NCBI GenBank assembly: GCA_050117845.1
Contig: JASFLY010000001.1
Coordinates: 160,001 to 224,000 of the forward strand
DNA: 64,000 nucleotides
Reading direction: 5' to 3'
Source of the DNA: Candidatus Zixiibacteriota bacterium
GTDB taxonomy: Bacteria > RBG-13-66-14 > B26-G2 > WVWN01
The notes below the pieces were generated by a model that was given only the letters and a program-made list of their open reading frames with translations, made no database searches and was not told the origin of the DNA. The translations under genes and the position numbers were made by a program. Within the stretch, counting starts at the first letter, position 1. Each line of letters opens with the position of its first letter. Below are positions 32,031-41,615 of this stretch, piece by piece.

Positions 32031-32648
32031 TTAAAAATGGCCGAACTTGAACTGGAGCGAATACGTAACGCCGGCCAGGTCGTCGTTCGATATCCCGGCG
32101 AGGTCGACGCCGTCGACGTAGCGGTACCCGGCCCCGGCGGCCACCCGGAAGAACGGCAGGATGTTGACTTCGACGTTCGCGGCCGGCTCGGCGACGAAGT
32201 AGCCGTCGAACACCCTGTCGCGGTAGCATAACGCCGCGCGGTTCTCCTCCTCGGCCAGGGCGCCCCCACCGATCAGCGCCTGGGCGGAGAAGTGGACCAG
32301 TTTATGCGAAAAGGCCACGTATTCGACCTCCAGGCCTCCGTACATCAAATATAAATCCGGCAGGTCGCCGGGAGCGAACTCGCCGAGGTCCTGCTTGACG
32401 GTCTTCGTGCAGATGTAGCCCCCGCCGCCGATGATGAGGGAGTGATTGATGACGGCGCCGCCGCGGCCGCCGACGAAAAGCGCCCGGTCCCCCTGGACCT
32501 CGCTTACCCGGAGTACCGGCGCGCCGAAACCGCCGAGCGAGAATTCGCCCGGCACGAAGAGCGTTTCCGCCCGATAGCCCGGGGCCCCGGCCGCCACGGC
32601 CGATCCGGCGATCAGGCAAGCTATGGCTAAATAAGCTATTCTATTCAA
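32031..32648 (-). CDS. Outer-membrane beta-barrel-like protein
   Basis: Signal peptide, amphipathic Gly/aromatic strands and terminal Phe (FKFGHF); AAGGAGG RBS with TTG start. Confidence 0.7.
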   Translation of the reverse strand: MNRIAYLAIACLIAGSAVAAGAPGYRAETLFVPGEFSLGGFGAPVLRVSEVQGDRALFVGGRGGAVINHSLIIGGGGYICTKTVKQDLGEFAPGDLPDLYLMYGGLEVEYVAFSHKLVHFSAQALIGGGALAEEENRAALCYRDRVFDGYFVAEPAANVEVNILPFFRVAAGAGYRYVDGVDLAGISNDDLAGVTYSLQFKFGHF

Positions 32649-32958
32649 AGCGCCTCCTTGCTATTCATTCTGACGCCCGCCGGCCTCGAAACGTTTATCG
32701 CCGGCCGCCTCGCGGTATTATAACATGTTTATTTTACCCCCGTGCCGCTCGCTCGTCGGCGCTTCGACATAGGACGTAATTTGCCACGGAAATGTCGTAT
32801 TTTTCTTTTACGCAAGCGCCGGTATTATGCTATACTATAAGCGTAAGGTATCGTATTAAAGCCCAACATAAATGTTTGTAACTGCAAGTTAGCATGGGGG
32901 AAAGGCCGTTAACCATCTGGCAACGGCACTCAGGCACCATTGATATTGGGGGGTAGCG

Positions 32959-34392
32959 ATGGCTACCGACAAAAAGCGTAAAGGCGGCGCGACGGAAGAG
33001 CTCGTCGCCGCCCGGAAGTACATCCGCGAACTGGAAGCGTTGACACGGGAAGGTAAGCGCATCGAGGAAGCCCGGCGGGAATCGGAAGAACAGTTCAAAA
33101 ACGTCGTTCAGGCGTCCCCCATGGGCATCCACATGTACGAACTCAAGAACGGCCGGCTTATCTTCACCGGGGCCAATCCCGCCGCCGATTCCATCCTCCG
33201 GTTAGACAACTCCGAATTCATCGGAAAAAGTATAGAAGACGCGTTCCCTCCCCTCGTCGAGACGGAGGTGCCGGAGAGGTATCGCCAGGCCGCGGCCCTC
33301 GGCACGTACTGGCATTCCGAACAGATTATCTACGAGGACGACCGCATCGAGGGCGCGTTCGAGGTTTCCGCGTTCCAGACGTCCCCGGGGAAAATGGCCG
33401 CGATGTTTCTCGACGTCACGAAACGTAAACGGGCCGAGGAGAAACTGCGCGTATCCGAGGAGAAGTACAGCAACCTCTTCCACCGATCCCGGGACGCCAT
33501 CATCATCCACGACCTCGAGGGCACCATAATCGATACCAACAAACAGGCCTCGGATTTATTCGGGTACAGCACCCGGGAATTCGCGGCCTTGAGAATAATC
33601 GACCTGCATCCGCCGGAGGGGTCCAAGGCCTCGGCGGAGGCGTTCGAGGCCGTATCGCGGCACGGCGCGGTGCGGTTCGAGATAGATTTCTTGAAAAAGG
33701 ACGGCGACGCCTTCCCCGCGGAGGTATCGGCGAGCCTGTTCGACGCCGGCCGGCGCCGCGTCGTCCAGGGCATAGTCCGCGATATAACGGAACGCAAACT
33801 GGCCTTCTCGCGCCTCCAGAAAAGCCTTTACGGAACGCTGGCCGCCATATCGCGGATCGTCGAGGAACGCGACCCCTACACCTTCGGCCACCAACAACGC
33901 GTGGCCCGGCTCGCCCGCGCCCTCGCCGAAGGGATGGAACTCGACCCGGACCGGGTCGAAAGCGTCTACGTCGCCGCGGCGGCGCACGACATCGGCAAAA
34001 TATCCATTCCGGCGGAGATACTGAGCACCCCCCGCGTCCTGAGCGAAACCGAGCGCGGCTTCATCGAACGGCATCCCCGCGTCGGGTCCGACATCCTCCG
34101 CAACGTCGAGTTCCCCTGGCCCGTCGCCGACATCGTCCTCCAGCACCACGAACGGCTGGACGGCTCCGGTTACCCCCTCGGCCTGACCGGCGACGACATC
34201 TTGACCGAAGCCCGGATCCTGAGCGTGGCGGACGTCGTGGAGGCCATGTCCTCCCACCGGCCTTACCGGCCCCGCCTCGACGAGGGCGAGAGCCTGGCCG
34301 AAATAGCCCGTTTCTCCGGCGTCCTCTACGACCCCGAGGTCGTCGAGGTTTGCTTACATCTTTTCCAGGAAAAGGGATACCAGTTCGAATAG
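32959..34392 (+). CDS. PAS-PAS-HD-GYP c-di-GMP phosphodiesterase
   Basis: Two PAS/PAC segments; RDPYTFGH, HDIGK, HHERLDGSGYP and RPYR. Confidence 0.92.
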   Translation: MATDKKRKGGATEELVAARKYIRELEALTREGKRIEEARRESEEQFKNVVQASPMGIHMYELKNGRLIFTGANPAADSILRLDNSEFIGKSIEDAFPPLVETEVPERYRQAAALGTYWHSEQIIYEDDRIEGAFEVSAFQTSPGKMAAMFLDVTKRKRAEEKLRVSEEKYSNLFHRSRDAIIIHDLEGTIIDTNKQASDLFGYSTREFAALRIIDLHPPEGSKASAEAFEAVSRHGAVRFEIDFLKKDGDAFPAEVSASLFDAGRRRVVQGIVRDITERKLAFSRLQKSLYGTLAAISRIVEERDPYTFGHQQRVARLARALAEGMELDPDRVESVYVAAAAHDIGKISIPAEILSTPRVLSETERGFIERHPRVGSDILRNVEFPWPVADIVLQHHERLDGSGYPLGLTGDDILTEARILSVADVVEAMSSHRPYRPRLDEGESLAEIARFSGVLYDPEVVEVCLHLFQEKGYQFE

Positions 34393-34419
34393 GTCCAAGG
34401 TCTCATACGCTTAAGAAGA

Positions 34420-34439
34420 ACGCCCGCCGGAGCGGGCGT
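34420..34439. terminator. Hairpin between convergent genes
   Basis: ACGCCCGC-CGGA-GCGGGCGT flanked by A/T-rich sequence. Confidence 0.7.
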
Positions 34440-34476
34440 CTATTTATAGTATTTCGGAGTTAGTCCGGGCCGCGCG

Positions 34477-35643
34477 TCAACGCCCCCAGCCGAGGCCCGA
34501 GGCCCGGCCGGCGCCGTACCAGGCGTCCCATACGCCCAGCGCCTCACGGGCGTTGCCGTTCTCGTCTATCAAGCCGCAGTCCCGCCACATCTTGTAGAGT
34601 TCGCCGTAGCCCAATTCGCGCATCCGCTCCCAGAAGCGGTCGTAATCGCGGATGAAGAAGTACACGACGAACTCGGCGTCGAGCTTATTGCACTCCTCGA
34701 AGAGGAAGCGGACGTAGTCGGCCTGCCACCCGGCGTTCCCCTTGATGTCTATCCCGTACGTCGACATCTTGAGGTCCTCTGCGATGTAACCCGTCTCGGC
34801 GACCGCGAAGGGTTTCTCGGGGGCGAGGTCGCGCATCTTCGTGAACCAGTTTTGGGGAAGGCTCGAGGGGTCGGCGTTGCCCGTCGCGCCGCCGGCGGCC
34901 TCGATGAACGGATACGTGCTCACCGCCATATAATCGGAGTGCGGGAGGAACCGGCGCGTGAGGTTCATCTGCGCCGTGCCGGCCGCGCCGCCCCCGCCTA
35001 TTATAAACGAACAGAAGAGCGGCACGTTCGGGTGGCGGGCCCGCACGTTCGCCCGGACGTCGCGGAGGAAAATATCCAGCGCCGGGAGCTGGGGGTCGTT
35101 CTCCGCGAAGGCGCCGTTAATCTCCACGGCGAAGCAGACGTAGTCCGGGTCGAACCGGTCCATGAGGTCGAGCAGGAAGTTGCTGTACGCGGTGATGACG
35201 TCCGGGTCGTCGAAGGTCTTGTTCTGCCAGGCCGGCGGCAGTTCCATGTTGCTGTTTTCGCCCCAGTATCCCGTCAGGCCCGTCCGGTCGTGGTCCAGCG
35301 GGCACAGCGCGAGGTACACCTTGTCGCCGGGCCGCAGGCGGCTTTGGCGCTCGTAGAGGTTGTTCTCGACGTTGGCGTGGTAGGGCGTGCCGTTAAGTGC
35401 CTCGTCCCAGGGGATGCCGTCGTCGAAGTGGTGGCAAATCAGGTCCGAGCGCTTCCCGATTTCGGCGTACGTGTAGTCGCGCGCCTCCGCCGTCAGGTCG
35501 TAGGCGAAGGGAGTGAAGCCCATGTAGAAGGAGCGGCTCTTTACCTCCTCCGGGCCGGAAGTGCCCTCTTCCTCGCAGGCCCCGGCCGCGAACATGAGTA
35601 TGGCGACGAGCGCCACGGTCCCCGTTAACTTCCTTCGGCTCAT
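34477..35643 (-). CDS. Lipoprotein, probable clan GH-A glycoside hydrolase
   Basis: Lipobox AGA-C; AVEIN and AVAETG as candidate acid/base and nucleophile Glu. Confidence 0.65.
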   Translation of the reverse strand: MSRRKLTGTVALVAILMFAAGACEEEGTSGPEEVKSRSFYMGFTPFAYDLTAEARDYTYAEIGKRSDLICHHFDDGIPWDEALNGTPYHANVENNLYERQSRLRPGDKVYLALCPLDHDRTGLTGYWGENSNMELPPAWQNKTFDDPDVITAYSNFLLDLMDRFDPDYVCFAVEINGAFAENDPQLPALDIFLRDVRANVRARHPNVPLFCSFIIGGGGAAGTAQMNLTRRFLPHSDYMAVSTYPFIEAAGGATGNADPSSLPQNWFTKMRDLAPEKPFAVAETGYIAEDLKMSTYGIDIKGNAGWQADYVRFLFEECNKLDAEFVVYFFIRDYDRFWERMRELGYGELYKMWRDCGLIDENGNAREALGVWDAWYGAGRASGLGWGR

Positions 35644-35722
35644 AATATTCCTCCTTGCTACAGGTCAGGCGGATACTTGAACGGCACTCCCTTGTTTTCG
35701 ACGGGCCGGCCCCGCCGCGGGT

Positions 35723-36130
35723 TTAACGGGGCAAGCGGCGCCGCCGTAGCCGGTACACCAGAAACAGCGTCACCGCGTTGAGGGGCGCCTGGAACAACCA
35801 CATGTAATATATATTCGAGAAGGACGTGAGGTACCCCTGCGTGAAGTAATGGCCGGGGACGAAGAGGACGGGCAGCCACAGGAGAGATAGGAGGAATACG
35901 CCCAAAAACTCCGCCGCCGTACACGGCGAGTACTCGTCGACGAAGACCCGGCCCACGGCCAGGCTCCATACCAGGAACGCGCCGGCGGAACAGAGGGCGG
36001 CCACGCTTATTTGGATGGGGAGTTGGTAGGGCAGGCCGGAAGCCTTGTAGCAGGCGAAGCCGAACAACACGGCGCCGACGTTGACGACGGTTAGAACCAG
36101 GCCGTGTATTATTATCCGGGCTTTCCTCAC
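35723..36130 (-). CDS. Uncharacterised 4-TM membrane protein (paralog of 16582-17007)
   Basis: HGL.LT.VNVGAVL.GFA.YK.SG and TQGYLTSFSNIYY shared with the paralog; GTG start. Confidence 0.8.
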   Translation of the reverse strand: MRKARIIIHGLVLTVVNVGAVLFGFACYKASGLPYQLPIQISVAALCSAGAFLVWSLAVGRVFVDEYSPCTAAEFLGVFLLSLLWLPVLFVPGHYFTQGYLTSFSNIYYMWLFQAPLNAVTLFLVYRLRRRRLPR

Positions 36131-36153
36131 AAGGGAACTGCCCCCTTGGAGCC

Positions 36154-36951
36154 CTAATCCTCGAGGACCAACTCGATCTCGAAGACACGGGGCCAGAACT
36201 TGCCGGTCACGAAGAGACGACGCTCCTCGGCGTCGAAGGCGATGCCGTTGAGGTAATTCGGCGGCTCGTTGCCCGGCGGCACGCCGTCGAGCAGGCCCTT
36301 CAGATTCACCCACCCGGTCACGAGGCCGGTGGCGGGATCGATCCGGGCTATCCGGTCCGTCTTGTGGACGTTGGCGTAAACGTATCCGTCTACGTATTCC
36401 AGCTCATTGAGATTGCTAATCGGAGCCTTCCCGTCCCGCACGACGACCCTTCCTATCTCCTCGTACGTGTCCGGGTTCAGGAAGTACAACCTCGCCGAGC
36501 CGTCGCTCATGATGAGGCGCTTGCCGTCGGACGTCAGGCCCCACCCCTGACTCGCGTAATTGAACTCGCCCCTCGGCTCGAAGGTCTCGCGGTCGTAAAC
36601 GAAGCCGACGCGCTCGAGCCAGGTGAGTTGCACGAGGCGGCCTTCGTACAGGGCGATGCCCTCGCCGAAGTACGCCTCGCTCAGGTCGCGCCGCTGGAGA
36701 ACGCGGCCCGTCTCGAGCTCCACCCTGCGTATCGACGACCGGCCGTAGAGGCCGGTGCCCTCGTAAAGGTATCCGTCGTGGTATAGGAGGCCCTGGGTCC
36801 AGGCGGCGGAGTCGTGGGGATAGGAGTCCACTATGCGGTACGTGTACGAGGGGACGCCGTCCCCCGCGTCGCCGTCGGAACACGAGCAGGCGAGGAACGC
36901 CGCCAATAGCGCGACAGAAGCGACGGGCCATTTGCGAACGCGGATCGTTAT
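36154..36951 (-). CDS. Glutaminyl-peptide cyclotransferase (type I), lipoprotein; probable ATA start
   Basis: PHD..AWTQGL, FGEGI, GWGLT, LNELE, LNGIA and TGKFWP. AGGAGGT lies 7 nt upstream of an in-frame ATA at 36951. Confidence 0.9.
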   Translation of the reverse strand: MTIRVRKWPVASVALLAAFLACSCSDGDAGDGVPSYTYRIVDSYPHDSAAWTQGLLYHDGYLYEGTGLYGRSSIRRVELETGRVLQRRDLSEAYFGEGIALYEGRLVQLTWLERVGFVYDRETFEPRGEFNYASQGWGLTSDGKRLIMSDGSARLYFLNPDTYEEIGRVVVRDGKAPISNLNELEYVDGYVYANVHKTDRIARIDPATGLVTGWVNLKGLLDGVPPGNEPPNYLNGIAFDAEERRLFVTGKFWPRVFEIELVLED

Positions 36952-36973
36952 GGCGATTACCTCCTGGTAAAAC

Positions 36974-37738
36974 CTATTCGTCCGCGGCCGGTTTCCGGGC
37001 CACGATTATCAAAAGGCCGCTCGTTTCCTTGTCGTACGGCCGGAAGTCGTATCCGCCGTAGAAGTCCACCGGGTCGAACCCGGCCTCGAGCAGCAACCGT
37101 TCGTAGTCGTCGCGCAGCCGCATCCGCGGGTACTCGATGCCCCAGGTCTCGAGGCGGCCTTCGCCGTCGCGCCGCAACACGTCCAGTATGGTATACCGGG
37201 CGCCGTCCCCGACGTAGTCGATAACGAACAGCCGGGTGACCTCGGCGTCGTCCCGGGCCAGGATGAAGCGCGGCCTCTCGCGCCACTGCTTGTCGGTCGT
37301 GCCCTGCGTCAGCACCAGGATGCCGCCAGGCCGCAACACGTCCTTGATGCTCGCGAGCGCCCGCCCGGCCTCGCGGTCGTCCGGGAGTTCCAGGAGCGGC
37401 CCCGAGAGACAAGTCGCGGCGTCGAACTCCCGGCCCACGCGCCCGGGCAACTCCCGGAAGTCGGCCTCTACGAGCCGGACGGCGTCGCCGAGTGCCGCCA
37501 GGTTCGCCCGGGCCCGGGCGAGCATCGCCGGCGAGGCGTCCACGCCCCACGCCTCCCGGCCCAGTTCGACGAAGAGTTTCAGGTCCAGGCCGGGGCCGCA
37601 GCCGCAATCCAGGACGGACCGTACGCCGTTCTCGTCGAACAGCTTCCGGTAGAACGCGACCTCGGCGGCGTCCCGTTCGCCGCGGAACAGGCCGTACCGC
37701 TCCGCGAAGCCCTCGTACCGGTCCCGGGTCACATCCAC
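36974..37738 (-). CDS. Class I SAM-dependent methyltransferase
   Basis: VLDCGCGPG, GVDAS and VLRPGG. Confidence 0.88.
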   Translation of the reverse strand: MDVTRDRYEGFAERYGLFRGERDAAEVAFYRKLFDENGVRSVLDCGCGPGLDLKLFVELGREAWGVDASPAMLARARANLAALGDAVRLVEADFRELPGRVGREFDAATCLSGPLLELPDDREAGRALASIKDVLRPGGILVLTQGTTDKQWRERPRFILARDDAEVTRLFVIDYVGDGARYTILDVLRRDGEGRLETWGIEYPRMRLRDDYERLLLEAGFDPVDFYGGYDFRPYDKETSGLLIIVARKPAADE

Positions 37739-37745
37739 CCCGCGT

Positions 37746-38192
37746 TCACTCCGGCGACGCGACGGCCGAAAGCTGCTTGAAAGCGCCGCCCCACACGCGC
37801 ACGAACCACTCCCGCGCCTCCTCCCACTCCGGCGTCGAGCGCCACCCGGAGTGCACCAGGTGCACCTTGGTCCCGTCGCCCACGGGCGCGAACGACACCG
37901 TGACGTGCGTCAGCGGGTCGCACTCGTTCATGAAGGCCGAATACTGCTTCGGCCCCTTCCACTCGAAGGCCAGCAGGCTACCCGGCTCCACGGCGGTGAC
38001 GCGGCAGCCGATGGTGCTGTCGAACTCCCGGTCCTCCGGCGTCCAGAACAGCTCGTACTTGCCGCCCTCGACCGGCTCGACGTCGGCCTCCGCCGTCAGC
38101 CACGACTCCAGAAGGCCTTTGTCGGTGAAGTACGCGAAAGCGCGCGCCGGGTCCACCGGCAGTTCCGTCGAAATATGGATGATTCGGTCCAA
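37746..38192 (-). CDS. SRPBCC/AHSA1 domain protein
   Basis: Typical size; GGKYELFW, LAFEW and TKVHLVHSGW. Confidence 0.85.
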   Translation of the reverse strand: MDRIIHISTELPVDPARAFAYFTDKGLLESWLTAEADVEPVEGGKYELFWTPEDREFDSTIGCRVTAVEPGSLLAFEWKGPKQYSAFMNECDPLTHVTVSFAPVGDGTKVHLVHSGWRSTPEWEEAREWFVRVWGGAFKQLSAVASPE

Positions 38193-38195
38193 AGC

Positions 38196-39110
38196 CTACT
38201 CCCCCCCGTCGGCGGCCTCGTTATCCAACCCATATACCTGGCGGGGCGCCAGGTACTCCGGGAACCGGCCTATCAACGCCTTCCTCACCTCGAAACACAG
38301 ATGACACTCGTCCACGTATCCGTCCTCGTGGGGCACGTCGTACGCCCGGGCCAGTTCGGCCGGCCCGCCGCGGAGCAGCGGCCCGCAGATGGGGTGGGCC
38401 TCCGGGTCGTAGTCCCGCACGAGTTCGGCGAGCGGCGTCTCCCACATGTTGCCCATGCTGAGTCCCTGGCACAGGTGCACGTGGCCGAAGCTGTCGACGT
38501 GCACCCGGCCCGGCGACCTCAAATCCTCGTGGGGACACTCGGCCAACTCCTCCCAGGGCCGGCGCGGCAGCCCTTCGGCCAGGTTGTCGGCCGCCCGCCC
38601 CCTCATCATCGCGCCGCCGGCCACCACCGGCGCGCCCCGCTCTCGGTCAATCTTGACGGTCGGCTCGTCGATGCAGATGGCCCCCACCGGGAGTTTGAGC
38701 TTCTTCGCCGCCCGCCGGGCCACCCTGGCCGGGTTATCCTTCTCGTCGCCGTGGTGGTAAAGGTCGTCGCTGACGCTGAGGTCGGCCACGGCCGCGTCGG
38801 CCAGCGGCCCCAGCCACACGGCGGCGTCCTCCTCCGTCGTGGCCCAGTACGAGTTGGTCACTACGCCGGCATTGATGCCGTACTCCCGGGCGAGCCGCAG
38901 GCCCGCGAGCATTATCGGGTAATAGAGGAAGGGTTCGCCCCCCTCGAAGTACACCGAGTCGACGGTGCCCATCTTCCGGGCCTCGTCGAGTACGTCGCGA
39001 ATCTGGGATAGGGTGAAGGTCCCGGATGCCTCGGGGCCGCAATAGAGGAAACAGTGGTCGCACTGGAAATTGCAGGTGTACGTCAATAAAAAGTGTATCC
39101 CGGTGACCAT
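38196..39110 (-). CDS. Radical SAM protein with C-terminal Cys cluster
   Basis: CNFQCDHC, GGEP and DECHLC. Confidence 0.88.
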   Translation of the reverse strand: MVTGIHFLLTYTCNFQCDHCFLYCGPEASGTFTLSQIRDVLDEARKMGTVDSVYFEGGEPFLYYPIMLAGLRLAREYGINAGVVTNSYWATTEEDAAVWLGPLADAAVADLSVSDDLYHHGDEKDNPARVARRAAKKLKLPVGAICIDEPTVKIDRERGAPVVAGGAMMRGRAADNLAEGLPRRPWEELAECPHEDLRSPGRVHVDSFGHVHLCQGLSMGNMWETPLAELVRDYDPEAHPICGPLLRGGPAELARAYDVPHEDGYVDECHLCFEVRKALIGRFPEYLAPRQVYGLDNEAADGGE

Positions 39111-39129
39111 GGGCAACCTCCCCGCGGCG

Positions 39130-40512
39130 CTACGTCGCCGCCGCCCGGCGGTGGCTCCGGTGCCGCTTGGCCCGCAGGACGATCCGCGGCAGGCCGAAGA
39201 TTAGGTGGAAATAAAAAATCCATCCCGGGAAGCCGATGCGCAGGCCCTTCTTGACGATGGACCAGACCTGGCCCTTGTCGAAAAAACCCGAGCTTATGCG
39301 CTTCACGATGCGGTTGATGTCCGCGGGGCCGTACTGCTTGGAGTAAATGCGGTTTCCCTCGCCGACGTAATAGTCGTCGTTCTGTTCCAACATGAGGGCC
39401 AGGCCGGAGTACTTCTCGTAGCGCAGGCGGTTGGGGCTGATGAGGTCGATGCCTATGGCCTTGGCGTAGGGGATTATCTCGAGCATCTCCTCTTCCGTCT
39501 CGCCCATGAGGCCCACGATGAAGTAGCCGTTCGTCAGCATCCCCGTTTCCCGGAGGACCGCGAACGCCTTGTGGACGTCCGCCGTCTTGAAGCCCTTCTC
39601 CAACTGCTTCAGGCTCTTATCCTGCGCCGACTCCAGGCCGATCATAAGCAGGCGGAAGCCGGCCCGGTACATCTTCTCCAGGAGGCGCGGATGCTTCGAT
39701 ATCGATATGCGGGCGTTGGCGAAGAATATCTTCTTGATGCCCTCCTCGACGATGAGGTCGCATATCCTCTCCACGCGCTTTATGTCCGCGAAGAAGTTGT
39801 CGTCCAGGAAGGCCACCGCCCGGGCGTCTATCTCGTGGAGTTCGGCCACCACCGACTCCGGCGTCCGGGACGACCAGTCGCGCTTCTGGCCCAACGGGTT
39901 CAGCTTGAACGAACAGAACTTGCAGTTGAACGGGCAGCCCTGCGAACTCAACATCGAGTCGAAGGTGTAGCCCAGGCCCACGTGCTGGAAGCTGACCTTG
40001 TACTTGTAGCGCCGCCGCTTACGGTTCGGGAAGAGGGTATTGGATACGGGGGCGAGGTTGCGGTTTTCGTTGTGGACGACGCGGCCGCCCTCCCGGTACG
40101 AGAGGCCCGCCACGCCCACCGGCGACCCCTTCTCCACGAACTCCCGTATCGTCTCCTCGCCGTCGCCCCGCACGATGACGTCGACGTTGGGGCACTCCTC
40201 GAAAAACTCCTCCACGTTGGCGGTGACGAACTTGCCCCCCAGGACCGTCGTCACGTCCGGCGGGAGGGAACGGATAACGCGGCACACCGACTCGTACTCG
40301 TAAGGCCAGTTCACGCTTACGCAAAACAGGTCCGCGCCGCCGCCCGTCGCCCGGTCGAAGTGCTTCTCGTAACGGAGGTCGTAAACCTGAACGTCGCCGA
40401 CCAGGTCCTCTATCGCCGCGGCCACGTACTCCAGGCCCAGCGGCGGGAAGAACTCGTAAACGGGGACTTCCTGGTAATAGGGGTAGATGCAGACGACGTT
40501 CCGGTAGGTCAT
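39130..40512 (-). CDS. B12-binding radical SAM protein
   Basis: PPLGLEYVAA, GDGE, SQGCPFNCKFC, FLDDNF and GLES. Confidence 0.9.
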   Translation of the reverse strand: MTYRNVVCIYPYYQEVPVYEFFPPLGLEYVAAAIEDLVGDVQVYDLRYEKHFDRATGGGADLFCVSVNWPYEYESVCRVIRSLPPDVTTVLGGKFVTANVEEFFEECPNVDVIVRGDGEETIREFVEKGSPVGVAGLSYREGGRVVHNENRNLAPVSNTLFPNRKRRRYKYKVSFQHVGLGYTFDSMLSSQGCPFNCKFCSFKLNPLGQKRDWSSRTPESVVAELHEIDARAVAFLDDNFFADIKRVERICDLIVEEGIKKIFFANARISISKHPRLLEKMYRAGFRLLMIGLESAQDKSLKQLEKGFKTADVHKAFAVLRETGMLTNGYFIVGLMGETEEEMLEIIPYAKAIGIDLISPNRLRYEKYSGLALMLEQNDDYYVGEGNRIYSKQYGPADINRIVKRISSGFFDKGQVWSIVKKGLRIGFPGWIFYFHLIFGLPRIVLRAKRHRSHRRAAAT

Positions 40513-40547
40513 CGTTTTCCTTTTGGGATAAAACCGGCGTGGCGGCG

Positions 40548-41138
40548 TTACAGGAGGATTTCGCCGCCCGCCAGGCGAATGCGGATCGCGCGGCTCGGGA
40601 CCGTGAGCGCCCCGGGTTCCGATTGGCGGCCCACGATTAGTATGAGTTCCCCCGCATCCTCGTCCAGGTAATGATCGCCGCCCCACCAACGCGAGCTGAC
40701 GGTAGTCGGGACCATCGTAATCTCTTCCTTGGTCAACAGGTCCTCGAGGTCGTATTTCTTAATAACCTCGCCCTCGGGGCCATAGATGACGACGACGTTC
40801 GGGCCGTAGCCAACCCGGCCCCACTCGTCGAAGGTGACGACGTAATCCCCCGAATCGGCCACGAGGACCTTGTGCGGCGAGTACGGGTTCTCCAGGTCGA
40901 CGGACCATTCGGTCGCTTCTTCCTCGACGTCGACGTCCTCATCCATCACGTCGCCGACCGTCCGGAACAGCGTGCCGTGCGCGTGCGCATTCCCGTCGCC
41001 CGGAACGACGTGGAACCGGCAAACGCTGGCCGCGGAGTAATAGTCCTTTTCGGTCGGGGCGAGCCAGGAATCGGCCCCGGCACCCGCGGCGAAACAAAGC
41101 ATCACGGCTATCATTAGTATCTTGTATCCCCCGTTCAC
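40548..41138 (-). CDS. Hypothetical secreted protein
   Basis: AGGAGG RBS and signal peptide ending AGA-DSW. Confidence 0.7.
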   Translation of the reverse strand: MNGGYKILMIAVMLCFAAGAGADSWLAPTEKDYYSAASVCRFHVVPGDGNAHAHGTLFRTVGDVMDEDVDVEEEATEWSVDLENPYSPHKVLVADSGDYVVTFDEWGRVGYGPNVVVIYGPEGEVIKKYDLEDLLTKEEITMVPTTVSSRWWGGDHYLDEDAGELILIVGRQSEPGALTVPSRAIRIRLAGGEILL

Positions 41139-41361
41139 GCGTAACCTCCTGATTTATTACTCCATTGTTAATTATATGACCCGTCCGAGTCAAGGCTATT
41201 CTTTAAACTTTGACGCCGCCGTCGCCGAAAAGTAAAAACCCGGCCCCGGGGCCGGACGAAATAAAGTAGGGCCGACCTTCCGGTCTGTGCCACCGACATT
41301 CCTGTCGGTGATAGATAGGGTAATGCCGGCATTCCTGCCGGTGATTTCGCTTACGGCAAAC

Positions 41362-41582
41362 GGCAACATCTTCCGCCGCGTGGGGATGTAGGGCCTGACC
41401 GTTAGGTTTGGCCATATAATTCTCCGTACAAAAGTAGGGCCTGACCTTTAGGTCTGGCCGCCAGATTCTCTTATCAATAAGAGATTTTCCGTGGCCGCAT
41501 CTAAAGATACGGCCCTACTTAAACTACTACCGTGGCCGCACCAGAAGGTAAAGCCCCGTGGCGCCGACATTCCTGTCGGTGA
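41362..41582 (+). repeat. ~220-bp direct repeat (REP-like cluster), copy 1
   Basis: Colinear and highly similar to 42901-43120; contains GTAGGGCCTGACC..AGGTC.GGCC hairpins. Confidence 0.9.
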
Positions 41583-41615
41583 TCAATCTCGTGCCACCGG
41601 CATTCCTGCCTGTGG

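Noticed and set aside
12114..41138. Integron cassette array (many genes end in TAAC)
   Set aside because: Most spacers are too short for attC and lack paired R/L boxes. TAAC endings are equally common in housekeeping genes here (mce, crt, thl, hdrC, gcvH, larA).
41203..41415. 70-aa ORF with HRQECR repeats, and the MAASKDTALL ORFs at 41491 and 43029
   Set aside because: These are translations of REP-like repeat DNA.
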